Source: a virus. From it: a stretch of DNA of 30,471 bases. The notes beneath the pieces are model-generated. The model saw only the letters and a program-made list of their open reading frames with translations, had not been told where the DNA came from and did not search any database. The DNA lies in the IMG/VR virus record IMGVR_UViG_3300045988_009951, positions 1 through 30,471 of that record; one strand, 5' to 3'. Below are positions 7,927-17,132 of this stretch, one piece after another. Position 1 is the stretch's first letter. Every line of letters begins with the position of its first letter. A program made the translations under genes and the position numbers.

Positions 7927-8249
7927 TTAGTCTGTCAAACACTAAAAAATAGAATATAGATTTTAGTGGCTTGAACACTTTTCAACACCGAGCAAGCTGA
8001 CAGACCTTGCTCAAACAAAACCCCAGCAAATTTAAGAAAAATCGCATTACTAAAAAAAGCCAAAGATCTCGCTGGTGTCTTGGCTGGAAGGAGGTGATAA
8101 AAGGCCCAAGAAACAACCCAAAAACAAATACATTAATCTTTCTTTTATAAAATCTCTTAATGTTTTTTGGGCCAAACAAAAAAAGACCGACACAATGGCC
8201 GGCACTCTTTGGAAGTCAACACTACTATTATACCAAAGAGGACAGAACA

Positions 8250-8666
8250 ATGCTATTGCCGGAAATTGATGAGAAAGCAACTATCAGAGGTTGCAAGCGA
8301 AAACTTCGAGAATATCCAAGATGGCGAGAGATAGCACACGATAGCGCTGAGCAGAAGATTACACAAGAGTTCACTTTTATGCCAAGAGGTGGCAGCGGAG
8401 TGAGCAGACCCGTGGAGAATATTGCAGTCAGACGTGTCGATGCTATGAACGAGCTAGAAGCCATAGAACAAGCAGTTAGCGGGCTATATCGTCCAGACTA
8501 TCGTAGAATACTGACAGAGAAATATCTAGCTTATCCACCTAAACCAAACTGGCAAATCGCCCAGGCAATCGGATTCGAAAGGACAGCCTTTCAAGGATTA
8601 CTAAATAATGCTATCCTAGCATTTGCAGAATTGTATAGAGATGGCAAATTAGTTGTGGAACATTGA
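8250..8666 (+). CDS. ArpU-family phage late transcriptional regulator
   Basis: LLPEIDEKATIRGCKRKLREYPRW...RRVDAMNELEAIEQAV..L....RRILTEKYL....PNWQIAQAIGFERTAFQGLLNNAILAFA resembles ArpU/RinA-type sigma-region-4-like regulators. Sits immediately upstream of the terminase genes. ATG 8250 follows AAAGAGGA. Confidence 0.8.
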   Translation: MLLPEIDEKATIRGCKRKLREYPRWREIAHDSAEQKITQEFTFMPRGGSGVSRPVENIAVRRVDAMNELEAIEQAVSGLYRPDYRRILTEKYLAYPPKPNWQIAQAIGFERTAFQGLLNNAILAFAELYRDGKLVVEH

Positions 8667-8716
8667 AATAACGGTATTTTGACGGTTAATTCACGGTGTC
8701 TAACAACTGTTTAAAG

Positions 8717-8725
8717 TGGTATTAT
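8717..8725 (+). promoter_or_regulatory. Candidate extended -10 promoter element (TGGTATTAT) upstream of the packaging operon
   Basis: TGn + TATTAT at 8717-8725. No convincing -35, so it would be activator-dependent or an extended -10 type. Confidence 0.3.
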
Positions 8726-8747
8726 TATATTATCGAAGAAAATTCAG

Positions 8748-8778
8748 AGACGGCTCACTTTGTGGGTTGTCTTTTTTT
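8748..8778 (+). terminator. Intrinsic terminator-like hairpin between arpU and terS
   Basis: 11-bp stem 8748-8758 / 8762-8772 (3 G-U wobbles), TTT triloop, followed by a T6 run 8773-8778. Confidence 0.5.
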
Positions 8779-8797
8779 CAGTATCAGAAAGGAGTTG

Positions 8798-9241
8798 ATG
8801 GAAAATGGGATGACCGAGAAACAAATAAAGTTTGCCGATGAGTACATCATCAGCCTAAACGCTACTCAAGCGTACAAGAAGGCTTATCCTAGTATTAAGA
8901 AGATAAGGACAGCGGAAGTCAATGGTAGTAAGCTACTAAGAAATACTGAGGTCAAGGCTTATATAGACGAACGACTGGATCAGTTAAAGTCAGAACGCGT
9001 TGCGGATCAACAAGAGGTCATGGAATTTCTAACAGCCGTCATGCGTGGAGAAGTTGAAGAGCCATTGCTCGTCCTAGATGGCGAGGGGATGCAACGCATT
9101 GCTCAAGCTAAGCCGAATGTTGCCACTCGGCGAGCTGCGGCGGTTGATATCGGCAAGCGTTACAGAATGTGGACAGACAAGGTTGAAGCCGATGTAACGC
9201 AAGATATCAACATCAATGTCGGTGAATGGAATGACGATTAA
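8798..9241 (+). CDS. terS: Terminase small subunit (Terminase_2 / P27-like)
   Basis: MTEKQIKFADEYIISLNATQAYKKAYPS....AEVNGSKLLRNTEVKAYIDERL is the typical helix-turn-helix N-terminus of this TerS family. Start is uncertain (ATG 8798 or 8810). The part of the ORF upstream from GTG 8696 is unlikely to be coding. Confidence 0.8.
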   Translation: MENGMTEKQIKFADEYIISLNATQAYKKAYPSIKKIRTAEVNGSKLLRNTEVKAYIDERLDQLKSERVADQQEVMEFLTAVMRGEVEEPLLVLDGEGMQRIAQAKPNVATRRAAAVDIGKRYRMWTDKVEADVTQDININVGEWNDD

Positions 9242-10496
9242 TCTTGAAATCAATCCAAGCAAGGTGTTTAATCGGCATATCTATGAGCATTTGTTTGATT
9301 ATGACACATTCACTGAGGTCCATTACGGTGGGGCATCTAGCGGTAAGAGTCACGGGGTCTTCCAGAAGATAGTCCTCAAAGCTCTTAAGAAGTGGGATAA
9401 GCCCCGCAAAATATTGATATTGCGTAAGGTAGGGTCTACGGTTCGTGATTCGGTGTTTGCGGACGTTCAAGCAGCCTTATCTTATTTCGGCGTGCTTAAT
9501 CTATGCAAGGTCAACATGAGCGCATTCCGTATTGAGTTACCGAACGGGGCTGAGCTGATTTTTAAAGGGATGGATAACCCAGAGAAAATCAAGTCTATCA
9601 AAGGCATATCAGACGTGGTCATGGAAGAAGCGTCAGAGTTTACGCTTGACGATTACACGCAGTTAACGCTTCGCTTGAGAGATAGAGCCCACAAACAAAA
9701 ACAAATCTATTTGATGTTTAACCCGGTGTCTAAGGCTAACTGGGTATATAATGCGTTTTTTGTGAAGAACCCTAAAAATACAGTGGTTTATCAAACGACG
9801 TACAAGGACAATCGTTTTCTGGACGACTTGACCAAGGAGAATATCGAGGAGCTAGCAAACCGAAACGAAGCCTACTACAAAATCTATGCTTTGGGTGAAT
9901 TTGCCACCCTCGATAAGTTAGTATTTCCAAAGTACGAAAAGAGATTACTCAATAAGGACGAGCTTAAACAGCTACCGTCCTTTTTTGGTCTTGACTTTGG
10001 TTTCACTAACGATCCCACAGCGTTCATGCACGTCAAAATAGACCGAGAGAATAAGCGGCTATATATCCTAGAGGAATATGTCAAGAAGGGCTTGCTTAAC
10101 AACCAGATAGCAGAAGCTATTACTAGCCTTGGTTATTCAAAAGAGGTGATTATGGCCGACTCAGCAGAGCAGAAATCTATTGCTGAACTGCAAACACTGG
10201 GCTTGCGTCGAGTTATCCCGGTAGATAAGGGCAAAGGCTCGGTTCTACAAGGTATTCAGTTCTTGCAGCAATTCGACATCATCGTTGATGAGAGATGTGT
10301 CAAGACGATTGAGGAACTTGAGAACTATACATGGCAGAAAGATAAGCATACAAACGAGTACATCAACAAGCCATGCGATAGTTATAACCATTGTATCGAC
10401 GCTATTAGGTACGCACTGCAAAACCTTATTTTCGTCAAGGATAAGCAGGATGTAGACGCTAAGATTAGACGGGTTAACAAACTGATAAGGAGATAG
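9231..10496 (+). CDS. terL: Terminase large subunit, PBSX family (headful packaging type)
   Basis: Walker A-like HYGGASSGKSH, ATPase coupling motif VVMEEASE, C-terminal nuclease region ADSAEQKSIAEL...DSYNHCIDAIRYAL. Start is either 9216 or 9231. Confidence 0.9.
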   Translation: MTINLEINPSKVFNRHIYEHLFDYDTFTEVHYGGASSGKSHGVFQKIVLKALKKWDKPRKILILRKVGSTVRDSVFADVQAALSYFGVLNLCKVNMSAFRIELPNGAELIFKGMDNPEKIKSIKGISDVVMEEASEFTLDDYTQLTLRLRDRAHKQKQIYLMFNPVSKANWVYNAFFVKNPKNTVVYQTTYKDNRFLDDLTKENIEELANRNEAYYKIYALGEFATLDKLVFPKYEKRLLNKDELKQLPSFFGLDFGFTNDPTAFMHVKIDRENKRLYILEEYVKKGLLNNQIAEAITSLGYSKEVIMADSAEQKSIAELQTLGLRRVIPVDKGKGSVLQGIQFLQQFDIIVDERCVKTIEELENYTWQKDKHTNEYINKPCDSYNHCIDAIRYALQNLIFVKDKQDVDAKIRRVNKLIRR

Positions 10497-10497
10497 A

Positions 10498-11997
10498 ATG
10501 ACGAACACAACACATAGTGCTGACGACATCTTACATGAAGGGCAGTACATTCCTAGATCATACCAATTTGAGCGAGACATGGAACCGACTAGCTTGCAGA
10601 AACGTGAAGACTTCCTTCGTTTTCCGAAAGAAGCTAACACCCACTTCATGGCTCAATCAGCTGACGACCTAGTGGACACGTTTCAAGGACGAGAGAAGTT
10701 AGAGAAGATGGTAGCTCAGTTCCAAGATGGACAGATAGACCGCTTGAATATCCTAGAGAGCTACTCAAACGGGAACAACTACACCATTCTAAATGGTCGT
10801 AAACGACTAGAGCCAGAGAAAGCTGACTACCGTATTAGGCATGATCTGGGCGGACAAGCTAGCCGCTTCTTCACTGGTTATACGGTGGGTCAACCTATTT
10901 CAATTGGTGCTACTGACACTGACAGCGACTTGACGGCTATTGATGACTTCAACGCTTACAACGACATTGAAGCTCTTAACCGTGAGTTAGTCTATGACGC
11001 TTCACGTTTTGGGCGAGCGTTTGAGCTGCATTATTATGATGAGTTTGGCAATCCAGCAGTGGTCTTGATTGATGCAAGGGAGATGTTCACAATCCGTAGC
11101 GCAGACGTCCGAAAAGATATCATTGCGGCTGTTCATTGCCCAGTGTACAACGGTGAAATGTTTGTCACGGTCTACACTGATAGCAAGATTGTCAGCTATG
11201 ATCCAAACTGGCAGGAAATCGAGCGTAAAGAAAACCCGTTCGGAATGGTGCCGGTAGTTGAATGGCAGAATAACCGAGAGCGTTCGGGAGATTGGGAGAA
11301 AGGGATTCCAATCATTGACGCTTACGACGCAGCAGAGTCGGACACAGCTAACTACATGTCAGACCTTAACGATGCCATGCTGGTTATCAAGGGTGATGTC
11401 GAAAGTACTGGCATGAATGCGTCTGACATCATGAAAATGAAGCACGCTAACATGCTAGTACTTGAGAGTGGTGTCGGACACAACGGGCAGCAAACGTCAC
11501 TAGATGCCGGCTATATCTACAAACAATATGATGTCAGCGGTGTCGAAGCGTATAAATCACGTTTGATTAAAGACTTCTTCCGCATTGTTGGATTGCCTAA
11601 CTTGCAAGACGATTCGACTTTCTCAGCTACGTCTGGGATCGCTATCCGCTACAAGCTAGTTGATTTGCAGCAAGTTACAGCCGTTAAGCGTGGGTTCTTT
11701 GTCAAGGCGCTCAGACGACGCTATAAGCTGCTTGAGTTGCTATCTAACAATCTCAAAGGTATCGAACCAGTGGACGCTGACATGCTGACATTTACGTTCC
11801 ATGAGAACCTGCCAACGGATGTATGGGCTGAGATTCAATCTGCTATCAATTCCGGCATGGAAATCTCACAAGAGACGCTTATGGAATCAGCTAGCTTCAC
11901 AGACGCTCGCAAAGAAAAGAGCCGTTTGCTCAAAGAGGGCGGGGCTACTGATCTAGAAGTTAGTCAGATTGTAGGTGTTGAGGATGATGACGAATAA
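10498..11997 (+). CDS. Portal protein (SPP1 gp6-like)
   Basis: 499 aa, directly after terL. Overall similarity to SPP1-type portals as recalled (e.g. ...FGRAFELHYYDE..., ...AESDTANYMSDLNDAMLVIKG...). Confidence 0.9.
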   Translation: MTNTTHSADDILHEGQYIPRSYQFERDMEPTSLQKREDFLRFPKEANTHFMAQSADDLVDTFQGREKLEKMVAQFQDGQIDRLNILESYSNGNNYTILNGRKRLEPEKADYRIRHDLGGQASRFFTGYTVGQPISIGATDTDSDLTAIDDFNAYNDIEALNRELVYDASRFGRAFELHYYDEFGNPAVVLIDAREMFTIRSADVRKDIIAAVHCPVYNGEMFVTVYTDSKIVSYDPNWQEIERKENPFGMVPVVEWQNNRERSGDWEKGIPIIDAYDAAESDTANYMSDLNDAMLVIKGDVESTGMNASDIMKMKHANMLVLESGVGHNGQQTSLDAGYIYKQYDVSGVEAYKSRLIKDFFRIVGLPNLQDDSTFSATSGIAIRYKLVDLQQVTAVKRGFFVKALRRRYKLLELLSNNLKGIEPVDADMLTFTFHENLPTDVWAEIQSAINSGMEISQETLMESASFTDARKEKSRLLKEGGATDLEVSQIVGVEDDDE

Positions 11998-12940
11998 TGA
12001 ACGCTACAATGCCGAGAGAAAAGCGCAATCAGACCTAATCAAGCGTGACATAGAGCGTGACAAGGTCTTAAAAGAGCTTTATCAAGCGTCATATAACCGT
12101 ATGCAGAGCCAAATAAACGGCTTTTACATGCGCTACGCTGACAAAGAGGGGCTAAGCCGTGCCGAAGCTATGAAGCGAGCTAATGAGTTCGATGTCACTG
12201 AGTATAGAGACCGAGCAAGAAAGGCAGTAGTCGAGAAGGATTTCTCACACGGCACTAACCAATGGCTAAGAATGTTTAACTTAAAAATGAAAGTCAGTCG
12301 GTTGGAGCTACTCAAAGCAGAATTAAGGCTTGAAATAGCTAGTCTTATATCAGACGTTAACGAAGTCTTCGACGAGGCGCGTGAGAGTGAATACTTAGCT
12401 GAATTTAAGCGCCAAGCGGGTATTCTGGGCAATTCTGCTGTCAATGCGGTAAGTCGTATGAGAGCAATTTTAGACGCTGATTTCTACGGGCAGAATTTTA
12501 GTTGCAGAGTTTGGGGCAGGAATGGACTTCATGGAAACATGCAGAAGGATGTGTTTAGCTCGTTAGCACGTATCTTCACCGACATGGACGGTTTTAAGCA
12601 GGAACGGCAGCGATTAGCTAAGAAATATAACACAAGCCAAGCCAACGCCCAGCGATTGCTCAAGACCGAAATAGCTCGCATTAATGCTGATACAGAATTG
12701 ATGATACTGAAAGAGAATGACTTCACGCATTTAATCTATGTTGCTGAAAGTGGAGCTTGCGATATCTGTAAGCCCCTAGATAGAAAAGCCATACCAATTA
12801 ACAAGGCAGAGAAAGGGGTTAACATGTACCCAATGCACCCTAACTGTCGCTGTTCAGCGTATGGCCACATCAAAATGGAATATAAAGCTGGTGGCAGCAC
12901 TCTTGATGAAGAAGCTGTTAACGGTGTTTGGGGTGAATAA
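11984..12940 (+). CDS. Head morphogenesis / minor capsid protein (SPP1 gp7, Mu F-like)
   Basis: Follows the portal gene. C-terminal motif ACDICKPLDRKAIPINKAEKGVNMYPMHPNCRCS is characteristic of the gp7/MuF domain. No extra toxin domain appended. Confidence 0.85.
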   Translation: MMTNNERYNAERKAQSDLIKRDIERDKVLKELYQASYNRMQSQINGFYMRYADKEGLSRAEAMKRANEFDVTEYRDRARKAVVEKDFSHGTNQWLRMFNLKMKVSRLELLKAELRLEIASLISDVNEVFDEARESEYLAEFKRQAGILGNSAVNAVSRMRAILDADFYGQNFSCRVWGRNGLHGNMQKDVFSSLARIFTDMDGFKQERQRLAKKYNTSQANAQRLLKTEIARINADTELMILKENDFTHLIYVAESGACDICKPLDRKAIPINKAEKGVNMYPMHPNCRCSAYGHIKMEYKAGGSTLDEEAVNGVWGE

Positions 12941-13026
12941 CCCTTTGTCCAGACCGTGCTGAGGACGTTAAAAGCTGCATGAGTTCGAGGGGGTTGCTCG
13001 TAAAAGCGTAAAGAAAGGAGCCTATC

Positions 13027-13578
13027 ATGGCAGAAAAAGAACTTGAAACAGTTGAGGATCCTCAAGAGGTTGAAGCTAGCCAACCAGAAAAAGAGGAGAA
13101 GATGGTGTCAGTTGCTGAAATGCAGCGTAGACTCAAACAGATGGAAGAGAAACATACTCTTGAAATTGCTGATATGCAAACCGGTATTCAATCTCAAATC
13201 GAGGAAGCCGTTGCTAAAGCTAAAATGAGTGAAGAAGAACTTCAAGAGCTGCAACAGAAACAGCGGGATAAAGAATTCGAAGAAGCCCAGAGCACAATTG
13301 CAGCACTTCAAGCCCAAATCGCTCAACGTCAAATGCAGGACATCGCTATTAAAGAGCTCGAAGCTCAAGGCGTGCCTGTCAATGAGTCAACGCTCGCGTT
13401 TGTTGTTAAAGGCGATGAAGAAGCTACTAAGCTAGCTGTTTCAAACATGGCTAATATCTTAAACTTGCAGAAACGAGAGGAAGCCAAAGCTCTACCACCT
13501 CGCACAAGCGGTGGAGAGGAAGGGCGTTCTCACCGTGGAAAAGACAAGTTTGATAAAGCCAAAATCACTAATTTCTAA
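13027..13578 (+). CDS. Capsid scaffolding protein
   Basis: Acidic, highly helical, Glu/Gln/Lys-rich 183-aa protein immediately upstream of the major capsid gene. AAAGGAG RBS. Confidence 0.8.
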   Translation: MAEKELETVEDPQEVEASQPEKEEKMVSVAEMQRRLKQMEEKHTLEIADMQTGIQSQIEEAVAKAKMSEEELQELQQKQRDKEFEEAQSTIAALQAQIAQRQMQDIAIKELEAQGVPVNESTLAFVVKGDEEATKLAVSNMANILNLQKREEAKALPPRTSGGEEGRSHRGKDKFDKAKITNF

Positions 13579-13596
13579 TCAAAGAAAGGAGAGCGC

Positions 13597-14529
13597 ATGG
13601 CTCAACAAAAATTCAATCCGGACACAGTCCTTTTGTCTGATTCTCTTGGTAAAGAGATTACATCAGAATACATCACTGATCTATTCACTGACGAACTTGT
13701 AAAAACTTCAAGAGTCATTCAGCTTGGTCAAAAAGTTGAAATGGACGGCAAAATGGTTCGTAAAGGCGTAGAAGTTGGTCAATTGACAGACGCTTATTTC
13801 GTAGGTGAAGGTCAAAAAATCGGTACTGCAAAAGTACAAACTAAATCTTACGTTCTTGAATCTCGTAAATTGTCAGTTATCTTGCCAGTTACAGAAGAAG
13901 TCCTCAACTACACTTGGACTGATTACTTCGAATCAATCAAGGACAAGATTGTCGATTTGTTTAACAAGAAAATTGACGGGGCAGCATTCCTTGGTTTGTA
14001 TAACAATCCATTCGGTGCTAACGTTTTGGCGTCTGCTAAACGTGCTCAAAACATTGTATCTGGGGACATCAACCTCAATAACATCTATGACGTTGAGGAC
14101 AAGTCGGAAAAAGAACCTAACGCATTTGTAGGACACCGCACAATCAACCGCACACTCCGTGGAATCGTTGACAATGTGAACGGTGGTCAACACATCTTCA
14201 CTAAACCAGCTAACCCTAACGCAATCGGTGAGCTTGATGGTCTTCCATATTCACAACTTCAATTGCAAGACGGGCAAACTTATCCGGCAGGTACATTGAT
14301 TACTGGTAACTTCAACGGTTTGGTGTACGGTATTCCAAACGGTACTAACTTGCGTCTTAAAATCGCAGATCAAGCTACTTTGTCTAAAGTTCAAAACGAT
14401 GGCACACTTGATTCTGGTGATGTTCACTTGTTCGAACAAGACATGCAAGCACTCCGTGCAATCTTTGAAATTGCCGTAGCGATTCCGAATGATGAAGCAT
14501 TTGCAGCTATCCAACCAGTAGGAGTCTAG
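13597..14529 (+). CDS. Major capsid protein
   Basis: 310 aa, position after the scaffold gene, highly expressed-type codon usage, AAAGGAGAG RBS. Confidence 0.85.
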   Translation: MAQQKFNPDTVLLSDSLGKEITSEYITDLFTDELVKTSRVIQLGQKVEMDGKMVRKGVEVGQLTDAYFVGEGQKIGTAKVQTKSYVLESRKLSVILPVTEEVLNYTWTDYFESIKDKIVDLFNKKIDGAAFLGLYNNPFGANVLASAKRAQNIVSGDINLNNIYDVEDKSEKEPNAFVGHRTINRTLRGIVDNVNGGQHIFTKPANPNAIGELDGLPYSQLQLQDGQTYPAGTLITGNFNGLVYGIPNGTNLRLKIADQATLSKVQNDGTLDSGDVHLFEQDMQALRAIFEIAVAIPNDEAFAAIQPVGV

Positions 14530-14542
14530 TCGGGAGGTTTAA

Positions 14543-14815
14543 ATGACCTATAAAGCTAAGATTACATTCCGTGACTTGCAAGATAACGAGTATATCTATC
14601 AAGTCGGGGAAGTTTACCCACGAGAAGGCTACGAGCCTTCTAAAGAGCGTGTGGCAGAAGTTCTTGAAAAAGGCGGTATCGAACCAGTCGAGCCGTCAAA
14701 AGAGCTTACAGTCAAAGAGCTCAAAGCAAAACTTGATGAAGATGGTATCGAGTATGATGCCAAAGCGAAAAAAGCAGATTTAGAAGAACTTCTAAAAGAT
14801 GCGGAGGAGGTCTGA
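14543..14815 (+). CDS. Small head-associated protein with a C-terminal HeH/SAP-like motif
   Basis: LTVKELKAKLDEDGIEYDAKAKKADLEELL is a helix-extended loop-helix (Rho-N / SAP-like) motif. GGGAGG RBS. Confidence 0.6.
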   Translation: MTYKAKITFRDLQDNEYIYQVGEVYPREGYEPSKERVAEVLEKGGIEPVEPSKELTVKELKAKLDEDGIEYDAKAKKADLEELLKDAEEV

Positions 14816-14816
14816 A

Positions 14817-15164
14817 ATGAACGATATCCAACTTGAGAAGATTAAGCGTCGGTTGGGTATCGACGTTGAAGACAAACTTGAGGATCAATTGATTGAAGAC
14901 TTAGTCAACGACGCTGAGAGCTATTTCAAAGCACTAGTTGGAACAGCCGAGATTGACAAGAAATATCACTTCATCATCGAAAATGTTGTTTACAAGCTCT
15001 ATGGTCGTAAGGGCTCAGAGGGTGTTAAAACCGAGAACGTAGACGGCTATTCAGTCACTTACGAGGATTGGGACGACATGTTCAAGCCTTATAGAAAGAT
15101 ACTGGATAAAGATTTCGGTCTGGACGGCTCATTAGCTCGAAAAGGTAAGGTGAAGTTTCTATGA
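14817..15164 (+). CDS. Head-tail connector protein (gp6-like, Phage_connect_1)
   Basis: N-terminus LEKIKRRLGIDVEDKLEDQLIEDLVNDAESYF is typical of this family. ATG 14817 follows GGAGGAGG. Confidence 0.75.
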   Translation: MNDIQLEKIKRRLGIDVEDKLEDQLIEDLVNDAESYFKALVGTAEIDKKYHFIIENVVYKLYGRKGSEGVKTENVDGYSVTYEDWDDMFKPYRKILDKDFGLDGSLARKGKVKFL

Positions 15165-15469
15165 AAACACCGCACCGCATAAAGCTAGTGAAACAGGGCG
15201 TTTCGACTTACAATCCGATTACTGATAAGCACGAAGAAAAGGCACAGTCTAGTAAGATTGTGCCTTGTTTAGTCAATTTTGTTGACCAGCAGCGTGTATT
15301 TGAAGCCTATGGGAGTAGGTCAGACGTGGTCATGATATGCCGATTCAATCAAGAGCAGAAGCCGTTTGACTACGCTCTATACGAGGGCAAGAAGTATTAC
15401 CCTATCGAACGCATTGAAGCAGCGATTAAGGGCGCAATCAGATTGAAAAGAGGTGAGCTAAATGGCTAA
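15161..15469 (+). CDS. Head closure / head-tail adaptor protein
   Basis: Assigned from position and size (102 aa) in the connector block. ATGA overlap with the upstream gene. Confidence 0.55.
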   Translation: MKTPHRIKLVKQGVSTYNPITDKHEEKAQSSKIVPCLVNFVDQQRVFEAYGSRSDVVMICRFNQEQKPFDYALYEGKKYYPIERIEAAIKGAIRLKRGELNG

Positions 15470-15815
15470 CTTTTCAATTGAATGGCGTGGGGATTTGGAG
15501 CTTGCTGCCGCATTAGGGAATGCAAGTCAAAAAATAAAAACCCAAGCTAACAATGTCCTAAAAAATGCCGGAGAAAAAGGCACTAACATCGCTCAACGTA
15601 AAGCTCCGGTAGATACCGGTTTTTTGAAAAGCGAAATCGCCGGACTGCCAAAGGGTGATGAGTATCACATCCATTCAGCGGCCTCTTATAGCGGCTATCA
15701 AGAATATGGGACACGTTATCAGCCGGGGACGCCATTCATGCGCCCCATGATGACAGAAATCGAGCCTTATTTCACAGACCAAATCCGTAAAGTTATGGAA
15801 GGAGCCTTCAAATGA
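15462..15815 (+). CDS. HK97 gp10-family tail component
   Basis: KAPVDTGFLKSEI....SAASYSGYQEYGTRYQPGTPFMRP matches the HK97 gp10 signature. Confidence 0.8.
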   Translation: MANFSIEWRGDLELAAALGNASQKIKTQANNVLKNAGEKGTNIAQRKAPVDTGFLKSEIAGLPKGDEYHIHSAASYSGYQEYGTRYQPGTPFMRPMMTEIEPYFTDQIRKVMEGAFK

Positions 15816-16192
15816 CACCTAGCCACGACTTATTCAGAAATCTATTTGCTATTGCTAGTGAGACGCTAGCAACTTACGACTACTTACCCGATTCATCCGC
15901 AAGCTATCCTTTCGCTTTTTTCGGTGAGAATAGCTCAGCACCTACACTCAATAACGACAATTTTGGAACGATAAGACAAACCGTCCATATCTACGGGACT
16001 AGAGTGCAGCGTGCAGAGCTAGACGCCCACTGCCAAGCGTTAGAGCAAGCTAGCGAACGAATTAAAGGGTTTGAATACAACTTATTGAAGACTGGTACAG
16101 ACAAGCAAGTCTTACCGGATAATACAGACGTCCAGCCATTGATCCACATTGTGCTGGATTTTTCATTTACTTACACAAAAAAGGAGGAATAA
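15812..16192 (+). CDS. Tail completion / tail terminator-like protein
   Basis: Assigned from position between the gp10-like gene and the major tail protein gene, and from size (126 aa). Confidence 0.5.
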   Translation: MTPSHDLFRNLFAIASETLATYDYLPDSSASYPFAFFGENSSAPTLNNDNFGTIRQTVHIYGTRVQRAELDAHCQALEQASERIKGFEYNLLKTGTDKQVLPDNTDVQPLIHIVLDFSFTYTKKEE

Positions 16193-16735
16193 ATGGCAGA
16201 ACTTATCTTAGGTAAAGACCTAATGGTCTTCTTCCGTCGTGTCAAAGACCAAAAAACGCAAGACGCTGCTAAAGTACGTTTCCAAACAGAACATACCATT
16301 AACGCTGAAAAAGAGGTCGAAACTACCAAAACTAAAGACGGTGTGGTTAACTCAATCTCAGACGGTGAAGTATCTGGGGAGTTTGTATCACTTGCTTATC
16401 GTGAAGATGGCACTACTACGGAAATGTGGCGTGAAATGCGTAAATGGTTTATCGCAGGCGAAAAAGTAGAGTGCTGGCAAGTTGACCTTGCTTCTAAGCG
16501 TGCGTCTGGTGGAAAAGATGTCTATGACGTCGAATATTACCAAGGCTATCTTAAGAACTTTGAAATTTCAGCACCCGCTGATGACAAAGTGGAGCTTTCT
16601 TACGAAATGGCTATCGACGGCAACGGTATTATCTCAACTGACAGCTTGACAGAAGCTCAGAAGAAAGCAGTTGCAAGCGCTCAATACGACTACCACACTC
16701 TTGCTAAAGAAGACAGCCTAACGTCATCTATCTAG
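16193..16735 (+). CDS. Major tail protein (phi13/TP901-1-like)
   Basis: 180 aa, strong AAGGAGGAA RBS, highly expressed-type codon usage, followed by a strong terminator and then the chaperone pair and TMP. Confidence 0.8.
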   Translation: MAELILGKDLMVFFRRVKDQKTQDAAKVRFQTEHTINAEKEVETTKTKDGVVNSISDGEVSGEFVSLAYREDGTTTEMWREMRKWFIAGEKVECWQVDLASKRASGGKDVYDVEYYQGYLKNFEISAPADDKVELSYEMAIDGNGIISTDSLTEAQKKAVASAQYDYHTLAKEDSLTSSI

Positions 16736-16742
16736 TCTAATT

Positions 16743-16770
16743 GCAGGGGCTTTGTGCCCTTGCTTTTTTT
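16743..16770 (+). terminator. Rho-independent terminator after the major tail protein gene
   Basis: GCAGGGGC-TTTGT-GCCCTTGC (8-bp stem, one G-U) followed by T7. Confidence 0.85.
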
Positions 16771-16790
16771 GTATAAAGGAGAAATAAAAC

Positions 16791-17132
16791 ATGATTCTAT
16801 CTATCAACGGACGAGACTTTGAATTGAAATTCGGACTTGCGTTCTTGCGTGAGATCAACAAATTGCACTCAGCAGAACTTGAGGGCATGAAGACTGGTTA
16901 CGGTGCTATGACATTGATTTCAGCCGGTGTCGCTATCAACGACCCTCTTGCATTCGTGGATATCATCAAAGCCGGTACGATTACAGCACCACAGAAACCA
17001 AGTGATGCTGACATTGAAGCTTATCTTGCTGATTTGATTGACAAAGGTAAATACAAAGAGACAATCGACTCTATTATTGACGAGTTAAAAGCGTCATCCC
17101 TACTCAAACTCGCAATGAACGTTCAAGAGTAG
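16791..17132 (+). CDS. Tail assembly chaperone (gpG-like)
   Basis: 113-aa acidic protein directly upstream of the TMP gene. AAGGAGAAA RBS. Confidence 0.75.
   Translation: MILSINGRDFELKFGLAFLREINKLHSAELEGMKTGYGAMTLISAGVAINDPLAFVDIIKAGTITAPQKPSDADIEAYLADLIDKGKYKETIDSIIDELKASSLLKLAMNVQE

Noticed and set aside
7830-7930. Possible complete tRNA gene suggested by the GGTTCGACTCC T-loop
   Set aside because: The 5' arm of the acceptor-like stem abuts the T-arm directly. There is no room for D and anticodon arms, and the upstream sequence is the coding end of the 235-aa gene. It is reported as a minihelix mimic instead.
7982-8280. Short ORFs in the arpU upstream gap (7982-8179 minus, 8050-8280 minus, 8075-8269 plus), and the N-terminal extension of the arpU ORF from 8160
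   Set aside because: They overlap one another, have low-complexity Lys/Phe-rich translations from an A/T-rich spacer, and lack properly spaced RBS/start pairs. ATG 8250 with an AAAGAGGA RBS gives the conserved ArpU N-terminus.
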